A DNA stretch of 59,140 bases from an uncultured Lachnospiraceae bacterium (lineage in GTDB: Bacteria > Bacillota > Clostridia > Lachnospirales > Lachnospiraceae). Positions 10,199 through 20,562 of this stretch are shown here, one piece after another (position 1 is the stretch's first letter; each line of letters starts with the position of its first letter). The notes under the pieces were generated by a model. The model was not told where the DNA came from and did no database searches. It saw only the letters and a program-made list of their open reading frames with translations. Position numbers and translations under genes: made by a program. The stretch is from positions 1 to 59,140 of the forward strand of contig CADBTR010000073.1 in the NCBI GenBank assembly GCA_902797675.1, given 5' to 3'.

Positions 10199-11047
10199 CT
10201 ATTCCTTTCTGATATCCCTGTGCATGATTTTAATCCCGTAATCCGCTGTTTTTTTCAATCGCTCATACAGACCGTTTGCCACCGTCACGGAACGATGTTT
10301 TCCGCCGGTACAGCCCACGCTGATGACCAGCTGGTTTTTTCCCTCCGAAATATAGTTTGGGATCAAAAACCGGATCATATCCTCTAATTTATCCATAAAT
10401 TCCGTGGAAACCGGCGAATTCATGACAAATTCCTGTATTTCTTTGTCATTTCCCGTCATAGGACGAAGCGCCGGATCGTAATACGGATTCGGCATAAATC
10501 TCACGTCAAATACCAGATCGGAATCTGACGGGATCCCGTATTTAAAACCGAAAGAAAGAACGGTCACGAATAAATTTTTATACGCCTTATTTTCAACAAA
10601 AATGTCCTCCAATTCCTGGCGAAGCTCTCTTGTCAATAATTTATCCGTCTCAATAATATAATCCGCTTCTTTCTTTAAATACTCCAGCTGCTTGCGCTCT
10701 CTTCTGATTCCCTCATCTACTCTGCCATGAGCAACCAGTGGATGCGCCCGCCTTGTCTCTTTGAAACGCTTCACAAGACTTGCATCGCTGGCGTCCATAA
10801 ATAAGATTTCCTTATGGGGGATCTTTCGCAGAGTTTCCTCCAGTTCCCTCACATCTCCGCTTCGGATATCCACTCCCAGCGCCACTCTGTCCATATCCAC
10901 CGAAGACGAGCGCATCCACATTTCCGCAAATTTCGGGATCAGAGAGATCGGAAGATTATCCACGCAGAAATATCCCACATCCTCCAGCACTTTCATGGCT
11001 GTTGTTTTTCCTGCACCCGACATTCCGGTCACGATCACAAATCTCAT
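10199..11047 (-). CDS. rapZ: RNase adaptor/nucleotide-binding protein RapZ (YvcJ)
   Basis: TGMSGAGKT, CVDNLP, SFGFKYGIP, GCTGGKHRSV. Confidence 0.95.
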   Translation of the reverse strand: MRFVIVTGMSGAGKTTAMKVLEDVGYFCVDNLPISLIPKFAEMWMRSSSVDMDRVALGVDIRSGDVRELEETLRKIPHKEILFMDASDASLVKRFKETRRAHPLVAHGRVDEGIRRERKQLEYLKKEADYIIETDKLLTRELRQELEDIFVENKAYKNLFVTVLSFGFKYGIPSDSDLVFDVRFMPNPYYDPALRPMTGNDKEIQEFVMNSPVSTEFMDKLEDMIRFLIPNYISEGKNQLVISVGCTGGKHRSVTVANGLYERLKKTADYGIKIMHRDIRKE

Positions 11048-11946
11048 TTTACCACCTTAACTTCCATTTCCAATGAAACACCAAACTGCTTTGAAACTTC
11101 ATCCTGCACTTTTTTTACAAGGCTCAGGATATCTGCCGTTGTGGCATGATCTTTATTGATAATAAAGCCGCTGTGTTTTTCCGATACCTGTGCGCCTCCT
11201 ACGGACATTCCTTTTAAACCGGCATCCTGAATCAATTTGCCGGCAAAATATCCCTCCGGCCGCTTGAAGGTACTGCCGGCGCTTGGATATTCCAAGGGCT
11301 GTTTTTCTCTGCGTTTCGCCCCGAGTTCTTCCATCTTTGTCCTGATTTCTTCCGGTTTTCCGGGTTCTAAGAGGATACATGCCTCCGTTGCCACCAGTTC
11401 CCGCTCCGGCAGCACGCTATGCCGATAAGACAGTTCCAGCTGCTCTGCCGTCATCACAGATTCCCCGCCGTTTTTGTCCATCACGGTCACATCCTGCAGG
11501 ATATCCTTCATTTCACCGCCGTAGGCGCCCGCATTCATGACGATGGCTCCTCCCAGTGTTCCCGGGATTCCCGCTGCAAACTCCATTCCGGTAAGACCGG
11601 CTTCCAGCGCCGCCTTTGCGATCTGCGAGAGATAGACGCCGCAGCCCGCATAAATCCTGTTTCCCTCTACGCGAAGATCGTTTTCATAACGACCGATCTG
11701 CAAAACGACGCCCCGGTATCCTTCATCCGGAAACAACAGATTGCTTCCGTTTCCGATGATATAATAGGGGATCTTCTCTTGGTTTACCAGCTTCAATAAT
11801 TTTTTCAATGCTTCCCTGCCGCTTACGATTACATAATAATCCGCATTTCCGCCGGTTCGGAAGGTCACATGCCTGCTCATGGGTTCTCCCGCGAGCACCT
11901 TTCCCTTTCCTGCCGCCGACTCCAATTTTTGAAACAAATCCTGCAT
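11044..11946 (-). CDS. murB: UDP-N-acetylenolpyruvoylglucosamine reductase
   Basis: GNGSNLL, GIPGTLGGAIVMNAGAYG, PSAGSTFKRP. Confidence 0.96.
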   Translation of the reverse strand: MQDLFQKLESAAGKGKVLAGEPMSRHVTFRTGGNADYYVIVSGREALKKLLKLVNQEKIPYYIIGNGSNLLFPDEGYRGVVLQIGRYENDLRVEGNRIYAGCGVYLSQIAKAALEAGLTGMEFAAGIPGTLGGAIVMNAGAYGGEMKDILQDVTVMDKNGGESVMTAEQLELSYRHSVLPERELVATEACILLEPGKPEEIRTKMEELGAKRREKQPLEYPSAGSTFKRPEGYFAGKLIQDAGLKGMSVGGAQVSEKHSGFIINKDHATTADILSLVKKVQDEVSKQFGVSLEMEVKVVK

Positions 11947-11967
11947 AATAAAACTCCGCTCTCTTTT

Positions 11968-12888
11968 TTAGACCATTGCCGCTGCTCCGTAGATTCCGGC
12001 GTCATTTCCCAGTTGTGCGATGGTAAATTCCACATTCTTACAAGGTGCAAATACATTTTTCTCAAAGTATTGTTTTGTTTCTTCCAGAAGGATCTCTCCC
12101 GCCCGGCTTACGCCGCCGCCGATACAGAAGATCTCCGGATTCAGTACGCAGGCAACGCTTGCCAATGCCGTTCCCAGATATCTGCTGAGTTCATGGAGCA
12201 CAGCTTTTGCCAGCGGATCTCCCGCCTTTGCCCCGTCGCAGATGTCTTTTGCATCCGCATCTTTTGAAAGGACGGTATCCGGATAGGCTTCCCGCATTGT
12301 CTTTGCCATACGGACAATTCCGGTGGCACTGGCGTATTGTTCCAGACAGCCGCATTTTCCGCAGCTGCAGCGCACCGTTTCTTCCGGATTGACCGGAATA
12401 TGACCGATCTCCCCGGCAGCGCCATTTGTTCCTTCTAAGATTTTTCCCCCTAATATGATTCCGCCGCCGACTCCGGTTCCGAGAGTCACCATCACAAGAT
12501 TTTTCCTGCCTCTTCCAGCGCCGTAAGTCTGTTCGCCGAGAGCCGCCACATTGGCGTCATTTCCCGCTTTCACATAGGTTCCGGACAGCTGCCCGCTCAT
12601 TGTCTTTTCCACATTGAAAATTCCCCAGCCGAGATTCACGCAGCCTAAAATATTTCCCTCCGGATCAACAGGACCCGGAAGTCCGATGCCCACGCCTGCG
12701 CAATCGTTCAGATTCATTCCTCTCTCTGTCAGAATATCCCGTATTTTCTCCCCGATCTGTTCTATGATATGCGCCCCCGCATCACTTTTATCCGTCAGGA
12801 TCTCATATTTTTGGAGCAATTCTCCCTCTGCCTGAAATAATCCGATCTTCACTGTGGTTCCGCCCACATCTACTCCGAATTTTATCAT
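11968..12888 (-). CDS. ROK-family glucokinase
   Basis: DVGGTTVK, NDANVAALGE, TLGTGVGGG, GEIGH, CSCGKCGCLE. Confidence 0.92.
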   Translation of the reverse strand: MIKFGVDVGGTTVKIGLFQAEGELLQKYEILTDKSDAGAHIIEQIGEKIRDILTERGMNLNDCAGVGIGLPGPVDPEGNILGCVNLGWGIFNVEKTMSGQLSGTYVKAGNDANVAALGEQTYGAGRGRKNLVMVTLGTGVGGGIILGGKILEGTNGAAGEIGHIPVNPEETVRCSCGKCGCLEQYASATGIVRMAKTMREAYPDTVLSKDADAKDICDGAKAGDPLAKAVLHELSRYLGTALASVACVLNPEIFCIGGGVSRAGEILLEETKQYFEKNVFAPCKNVEFTIAQLGNDAGIYGAAAMV

Positions 12889-12914
12889 CTGAATTCCTTC
12901 TTTACCTGTATTTA

Positions 12915-13856
12915 TTAATCGTCTTCTTCCCTTGGCTTTCCAAGGTTTTCCTGAACGCGGCGATATAATTCCTGCGCAGCGTTATATCCCATCTTCTTCT
13001 GTCTGTGGTTGACCGCGGCCGCTTCCACGATGACCGCAAGATTTCTGCCCGGACGGATCGGAATGGAATAGCTTACTACTTTATTTCCCAGAAATTCCGT
13101 ATATTCCTCATTTAAGCCCAAACGGTCGTATTCTTTATCACGATTCCACTCCTCAAGTTTGATGACCATATCGATATTCTGGGTTTCCTTGACGCTTTCC
13201 ACGCCGAACAATGCCTTCACATCGATGATCCCGATACCGCGAAGTTCGATAAAATGCCTTGTGATGTCCGGTGCGGTACCCACTAAAGTCTCATCGCTGA
13301 CTTTCCGGAGTTCCACCACATCATCGGTGACAAGACGATGACCTCTTTTGATCAATTCGATCGCCGCCTCGCTTTTTCCGATGCCGCTCTCGCCCATGAT
13401 CAATACGCCCTCGCCATATACATCCACAAGAACGCCGTGAATGGAAATGCAAGGCGCCAGCATGACATTTAACCAGCGGATGATCTCCGCCATAAAGTTG
13501 GATGTCGCTTTCTGGGTGATCAATACCGGCACTCCGTATTTCGTTCCGGCGTCAACCAGTTCCTGATCCGGCTCCATTCCTCTGCAGAATACGATACAAG
13601 GCGGTTTCTCCTGCATCAATTTGTCATAGATCAATAATTTCTGCTCTTTATCCATCTGCACTACATAGGAATTCTCCGTAAATCCCATGATCTGTACACG
13701 CTGGTTATCAAAATGCTCAAAATAACCCACCCACTCCAGGGAAGGCCGGTTGATATCCGGAACCGTGATTTTGATCTTGTCGGTATCGATCTGCGGATTA
13801 CAGATCTTCAGATCATAGTTTTCAATCAATTTTGATACTCTTACGCTGCTTGCCAT
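12915..13856 (-). CDS. hprK: HPr kinase/phosphorylase
   Basis: HGVLVDVYG, GESGIGKSE, LVTDD, ELRGIGII, PGRNLA. Confidence 0.96.
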   Translation of the reverse strand: MASSVRVSKLIENYDLKICNPQIDTDKIKITVPDINRPSLEWVGYFEHFDNQRVQIMGFTENSYVVQMDKEQKLLIYDKLMQEKPPCIVFCRGMEPDQELVDAGTKYGVPVLITQKATSNFMAEIIRWLNVMLAPCISIHGVLVDVYGEGVLIMGESGIGKSEAAIELIKRGHRLVTDDVVELRKVSDETLVGTAPDITRHFIELRGIGIIDVKALFGVESVKETQNIDMVIKLEEWNRDKEYDRLGLNEEYTEFLGNKVVSYSIPIRPGRNLAVIVEAAAVNHRQKKMGYNAAQELYRRVQENLGKPREEDD

Positions 13857-13927
13857 ATAACAATACTCCTCCTGTTTTTTACACTGCTTCTAAACTCCAC
13901 CATTATAAACCAGTTTTACAAAAAAGT

Positions 13928-15790
13928 CTATGAAGTTCTCTTATTTTCAAAAAAATGATACACGCTCTCGGCTGCCGCCCGATTCATGGACGGCACTTTC
14001 TCCAGTTCCTCCACGGAAGCTGTGCTGATTTTTGTGATATCCTCAAAATATTTCATCAGCGCCTTTCTCCTTGCGGGACCGATGCCTCCGATCTCTTCCA
14101 GAATGGAATGGATCTGCGCCTTTCCCCGCAGGCTTTTGTGGTATTCAATGGCAAACCGGTGCGCTTCATCCTGTATTCTGGTAATGAGCCTAAAACTCTC
14201 CGAGTGAGTGTCGATGGGCAGTTCCGTCTCCTGATAGATCAGCGCCCTTGTCCGGTGCCGGTCGTCTTTTACCATGCCGCAGACCGGAATCGAAATATGC
14301 AATTCATCCAGTACCTGAAGGGCGATATTGACCTGTCCCAGTCCTCCGTCCATCATGATGAGATCCGGAAAGCGGGAAAATTTCCGCAATGCCTGTTCCT
14401 CATTCTTCTCCGCAAGTCCATGCATAAATCTTCTTGTCAGCACTTCATGCATACTGCCGTAATCATTTGGTCCCTCTATGGTTTTGATCTTGAATTTACG
14501 ATAGTCGTTCCGCTTCGGCTTTCCGTTTTCATAGACGATCATGGAGCCCACCGACTGAAATCCGGCGGTATTGGATATATCATAAGCCTCAATGCGGTAA
14601 TCGTTTTTGCTCTCGATCCCCAGCAATTCAAAGATATCCCGCATGGCGCCGATGGTTCTTGCCTCCTCGCGTTTTACCTTATCCCGATCCACTTCCAGCA
14701 CCATTTTTGCATTTTTCTTCGCAAGCTCCACCATTTTCTCTTTCTGTCCTTTTTTGGGGATCAGAATGGAAACTTTATTTCCCCGCCGCTCTGCCAGATA
14801 TTCTTCCAGAAGCTCCCGATCCCGAAGATCCTCCGACACGAGAATTTCCTTGGGAACAAAGGGCGTTCCAGAATAATATTGCTTCATAAAGCTGGATAAC
14901 AGATCCGCCCCCTCCTCTAATCGGACATTGACAAAAAAATGCTCTCTTCCCAGCATTTTTCCGCCTCTGATAAAGAATACCTGCACGACAGCTTCGTTTC
15001 CGTCCGCTTCGTAGGCAATGATATCCCGATCCAATCCCTCATCGGAGGTGATCTTCTGTTTTTGCGCTACCGCTTTCACGCTGTTCAACAGATCCCGGTA
15101 TTCCGCCGCGCTCTCGTATTCCATGTCCGCCGACGCCTCATACATCTTCTTTTTCAGCATATCCAGGACATCGTCGTAACTCCCGTTTAAGAATTTTACC
15201 GCCTGCTCCACATGCTCTCTGTACTCTTTCTGACCGATACAGCCCATGCAGGGGGCATCACACTGCTTGATGTGATAATTCAGGCAGGCGCGCCCTTCCC
15301 CGATATCTCTGGGAAGACTCTTATTGCATGTCCGGATGTGATACAGCTTTCTCAAAAGCTCTATGGTATCCTTCACCGCTCCTGCGCTGGTATAGGGACC
15401 GAAATATCTGGACTTATCCTTCTTCATATCTCTGGAAAACAGGATCCGGGGATAGGCTTCCCCTTCCGTCACCTTGATATAAGGGTAAGTCTTGTCATCT
15501 TTCAGCATCGTATTGTATTTTGGACGGTGTTCCTTGATCAGATTGCACTCCAGTATCAGTGCTTCCAGTTCCGAATCCGTGACAATATATTCAAAGTATT
15601 GAATATGGCTCACCATCTGGTCGATCTTCGGCGTGCGCTTTCTGCTGCTTTGAAAATACTGGCGCACGCGGTTTTTCAGGCTGATCGCCTTGCCCACATA
15701 GATGATCTCCTCTGTAGCGTCATGCATCAGATATACGCCGGGGCTTGCAGGCAATTTTTTTAATTCTTCTTCAATGTTAAAATCTTCCAT
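13928..15790 (-). CDS. uvrC: Excinuclease ABC subunit C (start re-assigned to ATG at 15790, MEDFNIEE)
   Basis: GIY-YIG (PGVYLM..IYVGKA), [23 protein letters not shown], HhH C-terminus. The track's longer start overlaps the upstream gene. Confidence 0.96.
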   Translation of the reverse strand: MEDFNIEEELKKLPASPGVYLMHDATEEIIYVGKAISLKNRVRQYFQSSRKRTPKIDQMVSHIQYFEYIVTDSELEALILECNLIKEHRPKYNTMLKDDKTYPYIKVTEGEAYPRILFSRDMKKDKSRYFGPYTSAGAVKDTIELLRKLYHIRTCNKSLPRDIGEGRACLNYHIKQCDAPCMGCIGQKEYREHVEQAVKFLNGSYDDVLDMLKKKMYEASADMEYESAAEYRDLLNSVKAVAQKQKITSDEGLDRDIIAYEADGNEAVVQVFFIRGGKMLGREHFFVNVRLEEGADLLSSFMKQYYSGTPFVPKEILVSEDLRDRELLEEYLAERRGNKVSILIPKKGQKEKMVELAKKNAKMVLEVDRDKVKREEARTIGAMRDIFELLGIESKNDYRIEAYDISNTAGFQSVGSMIVYENGKPKRNDYRKFKIKTIEGPNDYGSMHEVLTRRFMHGLAEKNEEQALRKFSRFPDLIMMDGGLGQVNIALQVLDELHISIPVCGMVKDDRHRTRALIYQETELPIDTHSESFRLITRIQDEAHRFAIEYHKSLRGKAQIHSILEEIGGIGPARRKALMKYFEDITKISTASVEELEKVPSMNRAAAESVYHFFENKRTS

Positions 15791-15794
15791 CCCT

Positions 15795-17870
15795 TTACGC
15801 TCCGAATATGAAAACGGAAAAACTATGCGGTTCCAGTGTAACAGCGCCGTCCTGAAGCGTTCCGGTACTGCTTTGCGGTCTGATCCGTTCCTCTTCTCCG
15901 ATACAGTTACAATCCTGCGGATTTCCTGAAAGGGTCTTTCTCTCAAAACTTGCATTTGAGGAAAGTTTTATTTCCTGATACGAAAGTTTTATTTCTTTTG
16001 AATCAAGTTTTCCCCCTTCTGAGGAGGTGTTTATTTCTTTTTGCGATAGTTTTATCTCTTCAGGAGAATCTTTTCTTTCTTCTGATGCAAGTTTTACGGT
16101 ACGCATCTGATCGGAGGCATTGACAAGTTTTACGATCAATCTGCCGTCTTTATCCGTAACCGCACCGGCATACAACTTCTCCTGCTTTTCCTGTTCTTCA
16201 TTCCAGCCAAAATCCGCATTCACCGTCTTTGTTCCCCGGTAAACGCTGAAAAGCTGCTGTACATAATAGCTTGGCGTGCAATAAGAGGAAGCACCGTCGA
16301 ACCAGATCAGATCCGGCGACCACTGACTGTAACCGATCCGCGCCAGAAGCGGGGCGTAACTTGCCAGTGTAACCACATCGGCATTCCGCTCTACCCCCGT
16401 CAAAAATGCAGCCTCCGCGATGGCTGCCTCCAGCGTATTGGCTTCACTGTGATTCAGCCTTCCTCCGTGTCCCGGCACATGGCAGGCATATTCTCCCGCA
16501 AATACTTTGATATCCCGCTGATAGCCGTCATAAAAATGAACATGGTCGTACAGCCATTCCGGCGCCACATAATAATGTTCGTCCATGGCGTACATAAAGT
16601 CAGGATTGTCTTTGATTTTCTTCTTTGCCCAATCCCATGCCCGGTAATATCCGCCTCCCCAGACATCCGGTCCGGAGGTTCCGATCAGCTTCATCTTCGG
16701 ATATTTTTCATGAATCGCCTGCTGGAACATTTCATAGCGCCCGTAGAAATTAATGTCATCCGTCTGCCATTGTTCATTTCCGATCCCGAGCATGGTAAGT
16801 CCGAACGGTTCTTCATGTCCCATGGTCACGCGCACGCTGCCCCATTCACTGTCCTTATCCCCGTTTGCAAATTCAATGAGATCCAGGGCATCCTGAATAT
16901 ATTCCTGCATTTTCACGCTTTCCATATCTACTTTCTCACTGGACATAAACTGGCAGGCGAGTCCCACATTCATTACCGGCAACGGCTTTGCTCCCAGATA
17001 TTCGCATAATAAAAAGAATTCATAATAGCCGATGTCATAGGTCTGTCCGTAATGAGCAAAAGGTCCTGTGAACTCATTGTCCGGATTCCCGTTATGTACT
17101 GCCCAGCGGCTCCAATTGTATTTTCTCTCCTCCACCGGTCCTAAGGTTTTCTTCCACTGATAGCGGTTCTCCAGAGTATTTCCCTCGACGATACATCCTC
17201 CCGGGAATCTCATAAACGATGGATTTAACGCCTTTAATTTTTCAACCAGATCCGGCCGGAAAAGCCCCAGCACCAGATTATCCGGCTTTAAGGAAAACTG
17301 GTCAAATGCCACCCATGCATCTTCCTTCACTGCGACGACAAATTGCGCTTTTTTTACGCTTTCCTCCAACTTCAATGTTCCCTCATATAAAGTCCATCCA
17401 TCGCCGGATACCCTGACTATACCCTCATCGTAAGTTTTTCCATTCTTTCGGATCTTAATCTGTACGGTAACAGGCTTTTCCCCGGTTGTCTTTGCGTAAA
17501 ACCGGAATGTAAGGCTTGTTCCCGCCGCCGCGCAGATTCCGTCGTATGCCTTGTTTTCAAACATCACTCCGCCATGTTGTCCCTGCGCAGCCAGGTAATG
17601 AGGATTGACCTCATTGAGCGGTTCCCTGCTGTCAATACAGATAAAACCCTCGCTCTCCTGTTCTCTGCTCACATACCAGCCATATCCGCCGTCGAAGAGT
17701 ACCGTATAATCATCTCTTTTACCGGTGGAAAACCGCGCCTCAAAATTTCGATTTTCCAGCATTTCTCCGTTCAATCCGCCGTCAAGGCTGTAATTGATGT
17801 CCTCAAAAAACAATCCGTACATGTCCTTTGAGATTTCTGCCGTTCCTCTGCCAAGTCTTAAAGTATCCAT
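15795..17870 (-). CDS. GH51 alpha-L-arabinofuranosidase
   Basis: [49 protein letters not shown]. Confidence 0.92.
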   Translation of the reverse strand: MDTLRLGRGTAEISKDMYGLFFEDINYSLDGGLNGEMLENRNFEARFSTGKRDDYTVLFDGGYGWYVSREQESEGFICIDSREPLNEVNPHYLAAQGQHGGVMFENKAYDGICAAAGTSLTFRFYAKTTGEKPVTVQIKIRKNGKTYDEGIVRVSGDGWTLYEGTLKLEESVKKAQFVVAVKEDAWVAFDQFSLKPDNLVLGLFRPDLVEKLKALNPSFMRFPGGCIVEGNTLENRYQWKKTLGPVEERKYNWSRWAVHNGNPDNEFTGPFAHYGQTYDIGYYEFFLLCEYLGAKPLPVMNVGLACQFMSSEKVDMESVKMQEYIQDALDLIEFANGDKDSEWGSVRVTMGHEEPFGLTMLGIGNEQWQTDDINFYGRYEMFQQAIHEKYPKMKLIGTSGPDVWGGGYYRAWDWAKKKIKDNPDFMYAMDEHYYVAPEWLYDHVHFYDGYQRDIKVFAGEYACHVPGHGGRLNHSEANTLEAAIAEAAFLTGVERNADVVTLASYAPLLARIGYSQWSPDLIWFDGASSYCTPSYYVQQLFSVYRGTKTVNADFGWNEEQEKQEKLYAGAVTDKDGRLIVKLVNASDQMRTVKLASEERKDSPEEIKLSQKEINTSSEGGKLDSKEIKLSYQEIKLSSNASFERKTLSGNPQDCNCIGEEERIRPQSSTGTLQDGAVTLEPHSFSVFIFGA
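15961..16065. repeat. Five degenerate 21-bp tandem units inside the GH51 gene (heptads xEIKLSx)
   Basis: gaaagttttatttcctgatac / gaaagttttatttcttttgaa / tcaagttttcccccttctgag / gaggtgtttatttctttttgc / gatagttttatctcttcagga. Confidence 0.7.
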
Positions 17871-17980
17871 AAAAACCCTCCTTCTTTGCGCGCCCTGCGC
17901 ATGTTAATCGTGCATCGTAGCCTGTTCGCCGCGCGAGGCGCATTTGCCGGCAAGCGATGACATCTTTGTACGCTCTGCGT

Positions 17981-18020
17981 ATAGTAACCGAGCCGGCGCC
18001 ATCGCACCGGCTCGAACTAT
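17981..18020 (-). terminator. Strong hairpin after the ftsH stop (no clear U-tract)
   Basis: atagt..cgagccgg..ccggctcg..actat inverted repeat, 3 nt after the stop codon. Confidence 0.45.
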
Positions 18021-18023
18021 CAT

Positions 18024-20090
18024 TTATTCTCTCTTTTCAGATTCTTTTACACTTTCTTCGGACTGTTTTTCCGTATCAAACGCATCTGTGACAAGCACAT
18101 CCACATGCGGCTTCCCGTCCGCTTTATCTTCTGTCTTATCTTCCGGTTTTTCTTCTTTCAATGCCGAATTTTCTTCTGAATTTTCTTCCGGTTTTGCATC
18201 CGGATCTTCACCACGGTATAACGCCATAAATTGCTTTCCCGTGATATTTTCTTTCTCAAACAGATATTTGGCAATGCGATCCATTTCCTCCCGATGCTCA
18301 CTCAGCAGCTTCTTCGCTTTCTCATAGCTTTCTTTCAACAGATTTTTTACTTCTCCGTCTACTTCGGCATAAGTGCTGTCGGAACAATTGAGAACCGTTC
18401 TTCCCGACAGATAGCTGTCCTGCTCTTTTTCCAGACACATCAGACCGAACTTTTCTGACATACCGTATTGCGTAATCATCGCTCTTGCCAGATCAGTGGC
18501 TTTCTCCATATCATTCGACGCGCCGGTAGTCACCGTATCAAAAACAATATCCTCTGCGGCGCGCCCGCCCAGAAGAGAAACAATCCGCGCCAGCAACTCA
18601 TTCTTGCTCATCAGATATTTTTCTTCCTCAGGCACCTGCATAACATATCCCAAAGATCCCATTGTTCTCGGAACAATGGTGATCTTCTGTACCGGCTCGG
18701 CGTCTTTTTCAATCGCATTGATCAGCGCATGACCTACTTCGTGGTAAGCAACCGTCCACTTCTCTTTATCGCTTAAGATCCTGTCTTTCTTCTCCTTACC
18801 GGCAATTACCACTTCCACGGCCTCGAACAGATCTTTCTGGGAAATAGCCTGTCTGCCGTTCTTTACCGCATTGATCGCCGCCTCATTGATCATGTTTGCA
18901 AGATCGGAACCTACCGCTCCGGAAGTTGCCAATGCGATCTCATGAAGATCGACAGTCTCATCCATCAATACATCTGCGGAATGTACTCGAAGCGTGTCTT
19001 CCCTTCCCTTTAAATCCGGCTTGTCTACGATCACTCTCCGATCGAAACGCCCCGGACGAAGCAAAGCTTTATCGAGAACATCCGGACGGTTGGTTGCCGC
19101 AAGAATGATCAATCCCTTGGAAGAATCAAATCCGTCCATTTCGGAAAGTAACTGATTCAATGTCTGCTCCCGCTCATCATTTCCGCCGCCGTAACGGGAA
19201 TCTCTGCTCTTGCCGATCGCATCGATCTCATCGATAAAGATGATACACGGAGCAGCCTGCTGCGCCTGTTTAAACAAATCGCGGACACGGGACGCGCCCA
19301 CGCCTACAAACATTTCCACAAAATCCGAGCCCGACAGAGAGAAAAACGGAACTTCCGCCTCACCTGCAACTGCCTTGGCAAGAAGCGTTTTACCGGTTCC
19401 CGGAGGTCCCACAAGCAGGGCTCCCTTCGGAAGCTTTGCCCCGATCTTCGCATATTTCCCCGGATTATGCAGGAAATCCACGATTTCTTTCAAAGATTCC
19501 TTTGCTTCCTCCTGACCGGCTACATCACGAAACAGCACGCCGGTCTTCTTCTGCTCGTACATCTTGGCCGTACTTCTTCCGACACCCATAATGCCGCCGC
19601 CACCGCCTGTCATTTTCTTTATAAAGAAGCCCATAATAAAGTAGATCAGAGCAAACGGCAAAATCCATGAAAATATAAAATCCAGAATCACGGAATTCGT
19701 GCTTTCGTCTTTTACTTTCCACTTAACACCCGACTCCTGCAATTCATCATGCAGCTTATCCGAGCTCAGCGCCTTGGTCCAGTACGCGAATTTCTCTCCG
19801 AACGGGGAATACAATTTCTCCTTCGGATAGATCAGGATCGTACCGTTGGAAGCTACTACAACTTCCGATACTTCCCCATCCTCCAGCATTTCCACAAACT
19901 TACTGTATTCTATCTCCTTTCGGGACGTACTCTGCACCATACTGCTGAACATCATCACCGTAAACAGCGTGATCACGCCGGCAATGATCAGGGAAATGAT
20001 CTTTTGCTGACGTTTCCTGTTCTTATTATTATCATCATTGTTATTTCCGCCGTTCCCGGACGGCAGATTTTGATTTTGATTATTTTCCAT
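18024..20090 (-). CDS. ftsH: ATP-dependent zinc metalloprotease FtsH
   Basis: Two TM helices, [36 protein letters not shown]. Confidence 0.97.
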   Translation of the reverse strand: MENNQNQNLPSGNGGNNNDDNNKNRKRQQKIISLIIAGVITLFTVMMFSSMVQSTSRKEIEYSKFVEMLEDGEVSEVVVASNGTILIYPKEKLYSPFGEKFAYWTKALSSDKLHDELQESGVKWKVKDESTNSVILDFIFSWILPFALIYFIMGFFIKKMTGGGGGIMGVGRSTAKMYEQKKTGVLFRDVAGQEEAKESLKEIVDFLHNPGKYAKIGAKLPKGALLVGPPGTGKTLLAKAVAGEAEVPFFSLSGSDFVEMFVGVGASRVRDLFKQAQQAAPCIIFIDEIDAIGKSRDSRYGGGNDEREQTLNQLLSEMDGFDSSKGLIILAATNRPDVLDKALLRPGRFDRRVIVDKPDLKGREDTLRVHSADVLMDETVDLHEIALATSGAVGSDLANMINEAAINAVKNGRQAISQKDLFEAVEVVIAGKEKKDRILSDKEKWTVAYHEVGHALINAIEKDAEPVQKITIVPRTMGSLGYVMQVPEEEKYLMSKNELLARIVSLLGGRAAEDIVFDTVTTGASNDMEKATDLARAMITQYGMSEKFGLMCLEKEQDSYLSGRTVLNCSDSTYAEVDGEVKNLLKESYEKAKKLLSEHREEMDRIAKYLFEKENITGKQFMALYRGEDPDAKPEENSEENSALKEEKPEDKTEDKADGKPHVDVLVTDAFDTEKQSEESVKESEKRE

Positions 20091-20210
20091 TTCATCCTCT
20101 TTCTGTGTTGTAAATATACTGCATATACCGCGGCGAAAACTTCAAAAAGGCAATTAATTTCGGTCGCGAGTATAATACCGCTACATCAATAAATAACGAT
20201 ATACCAGTAT

Positions 20211-20239
20211 AGTATACTGTTAGTTTAGGCAGAAATCAA
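20211..20239 (-). promoter_or_regulatory. Putative sigma-A promoter of ftsH
   Basis: Minus strand TTGATT-17 nt-TATACT. Confidence 0.45.
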
Positions 20240-20368
20240 TATTCTTATTATGATTTTTTTGTTAAATCGTTACCATTCGCAAGAAAATTTTTCATTTTTC
20301 TCTTGTTTTTTTTCTTCAAAAGAGTATAATTTATTTTTGAGATTTATTTTATCATAATTTGTGGATTC

Positions 20369-20440
20369 AAAGAGGAATCAAACCGTTGCGTGTTTCTGTC
20401 GATCACTGCCGAAACACCCTCCGGTCGGGTTCCTTTTTTT
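20369..20440 (+). promoter_or_regulatory. Long hairpin plus T-tract in the pyrG leader (candidate attenuator)
   Basis: aggaatc/ggttcct, accg/cggt and gtgtttc/gaaacac arms followed by a T-run. A TTGTTT..TATAAT promoter-like site lies at 20303-20330. Confidence 0.5.
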
Positions 20441-20447
20441 GTAATTA

Positions 20448-20513
20448 TTGAATGTCGCATAGCTTTATCTGTGCGACCTGCTTGCTGCCGATGGCAGCAA
20501 TTCCCGTAGGCCG
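20448..20513 (+). repeat. Dispersed palindromic repeat, copy 1 (module A, diverged)
   Basis: ttgaatgtcgcatagctttatctgtgcgacctgcttgctgccgatggcagcaattcccgtaggccg aligns with copies at 28113-28173(-), 46317 and 59051. Confidence 0.9.
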
Positions 20514-20562
20514 GGGTTCTGAATAATTACTTTATTTCATCAAAGGAGGATTGTTATTCATC

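Noticed and set aside
13955-14899. Long antisense ORFs (also 4388-5167, 8179-8964, 29340-30038, 23515-24150, 51258-51872)
   Set aside because: Shadows of well-supported genes on the opposite strand, with no motifs or RBS
15791-15955. N-terminal extensions in the ORF track (uvrC; also Uma2 from 27201, csoR from 31245, aguA, nspC)
   Set aside because: They overlap neighbouring genes or promoters, and downstream starts fit RBS position and family length better
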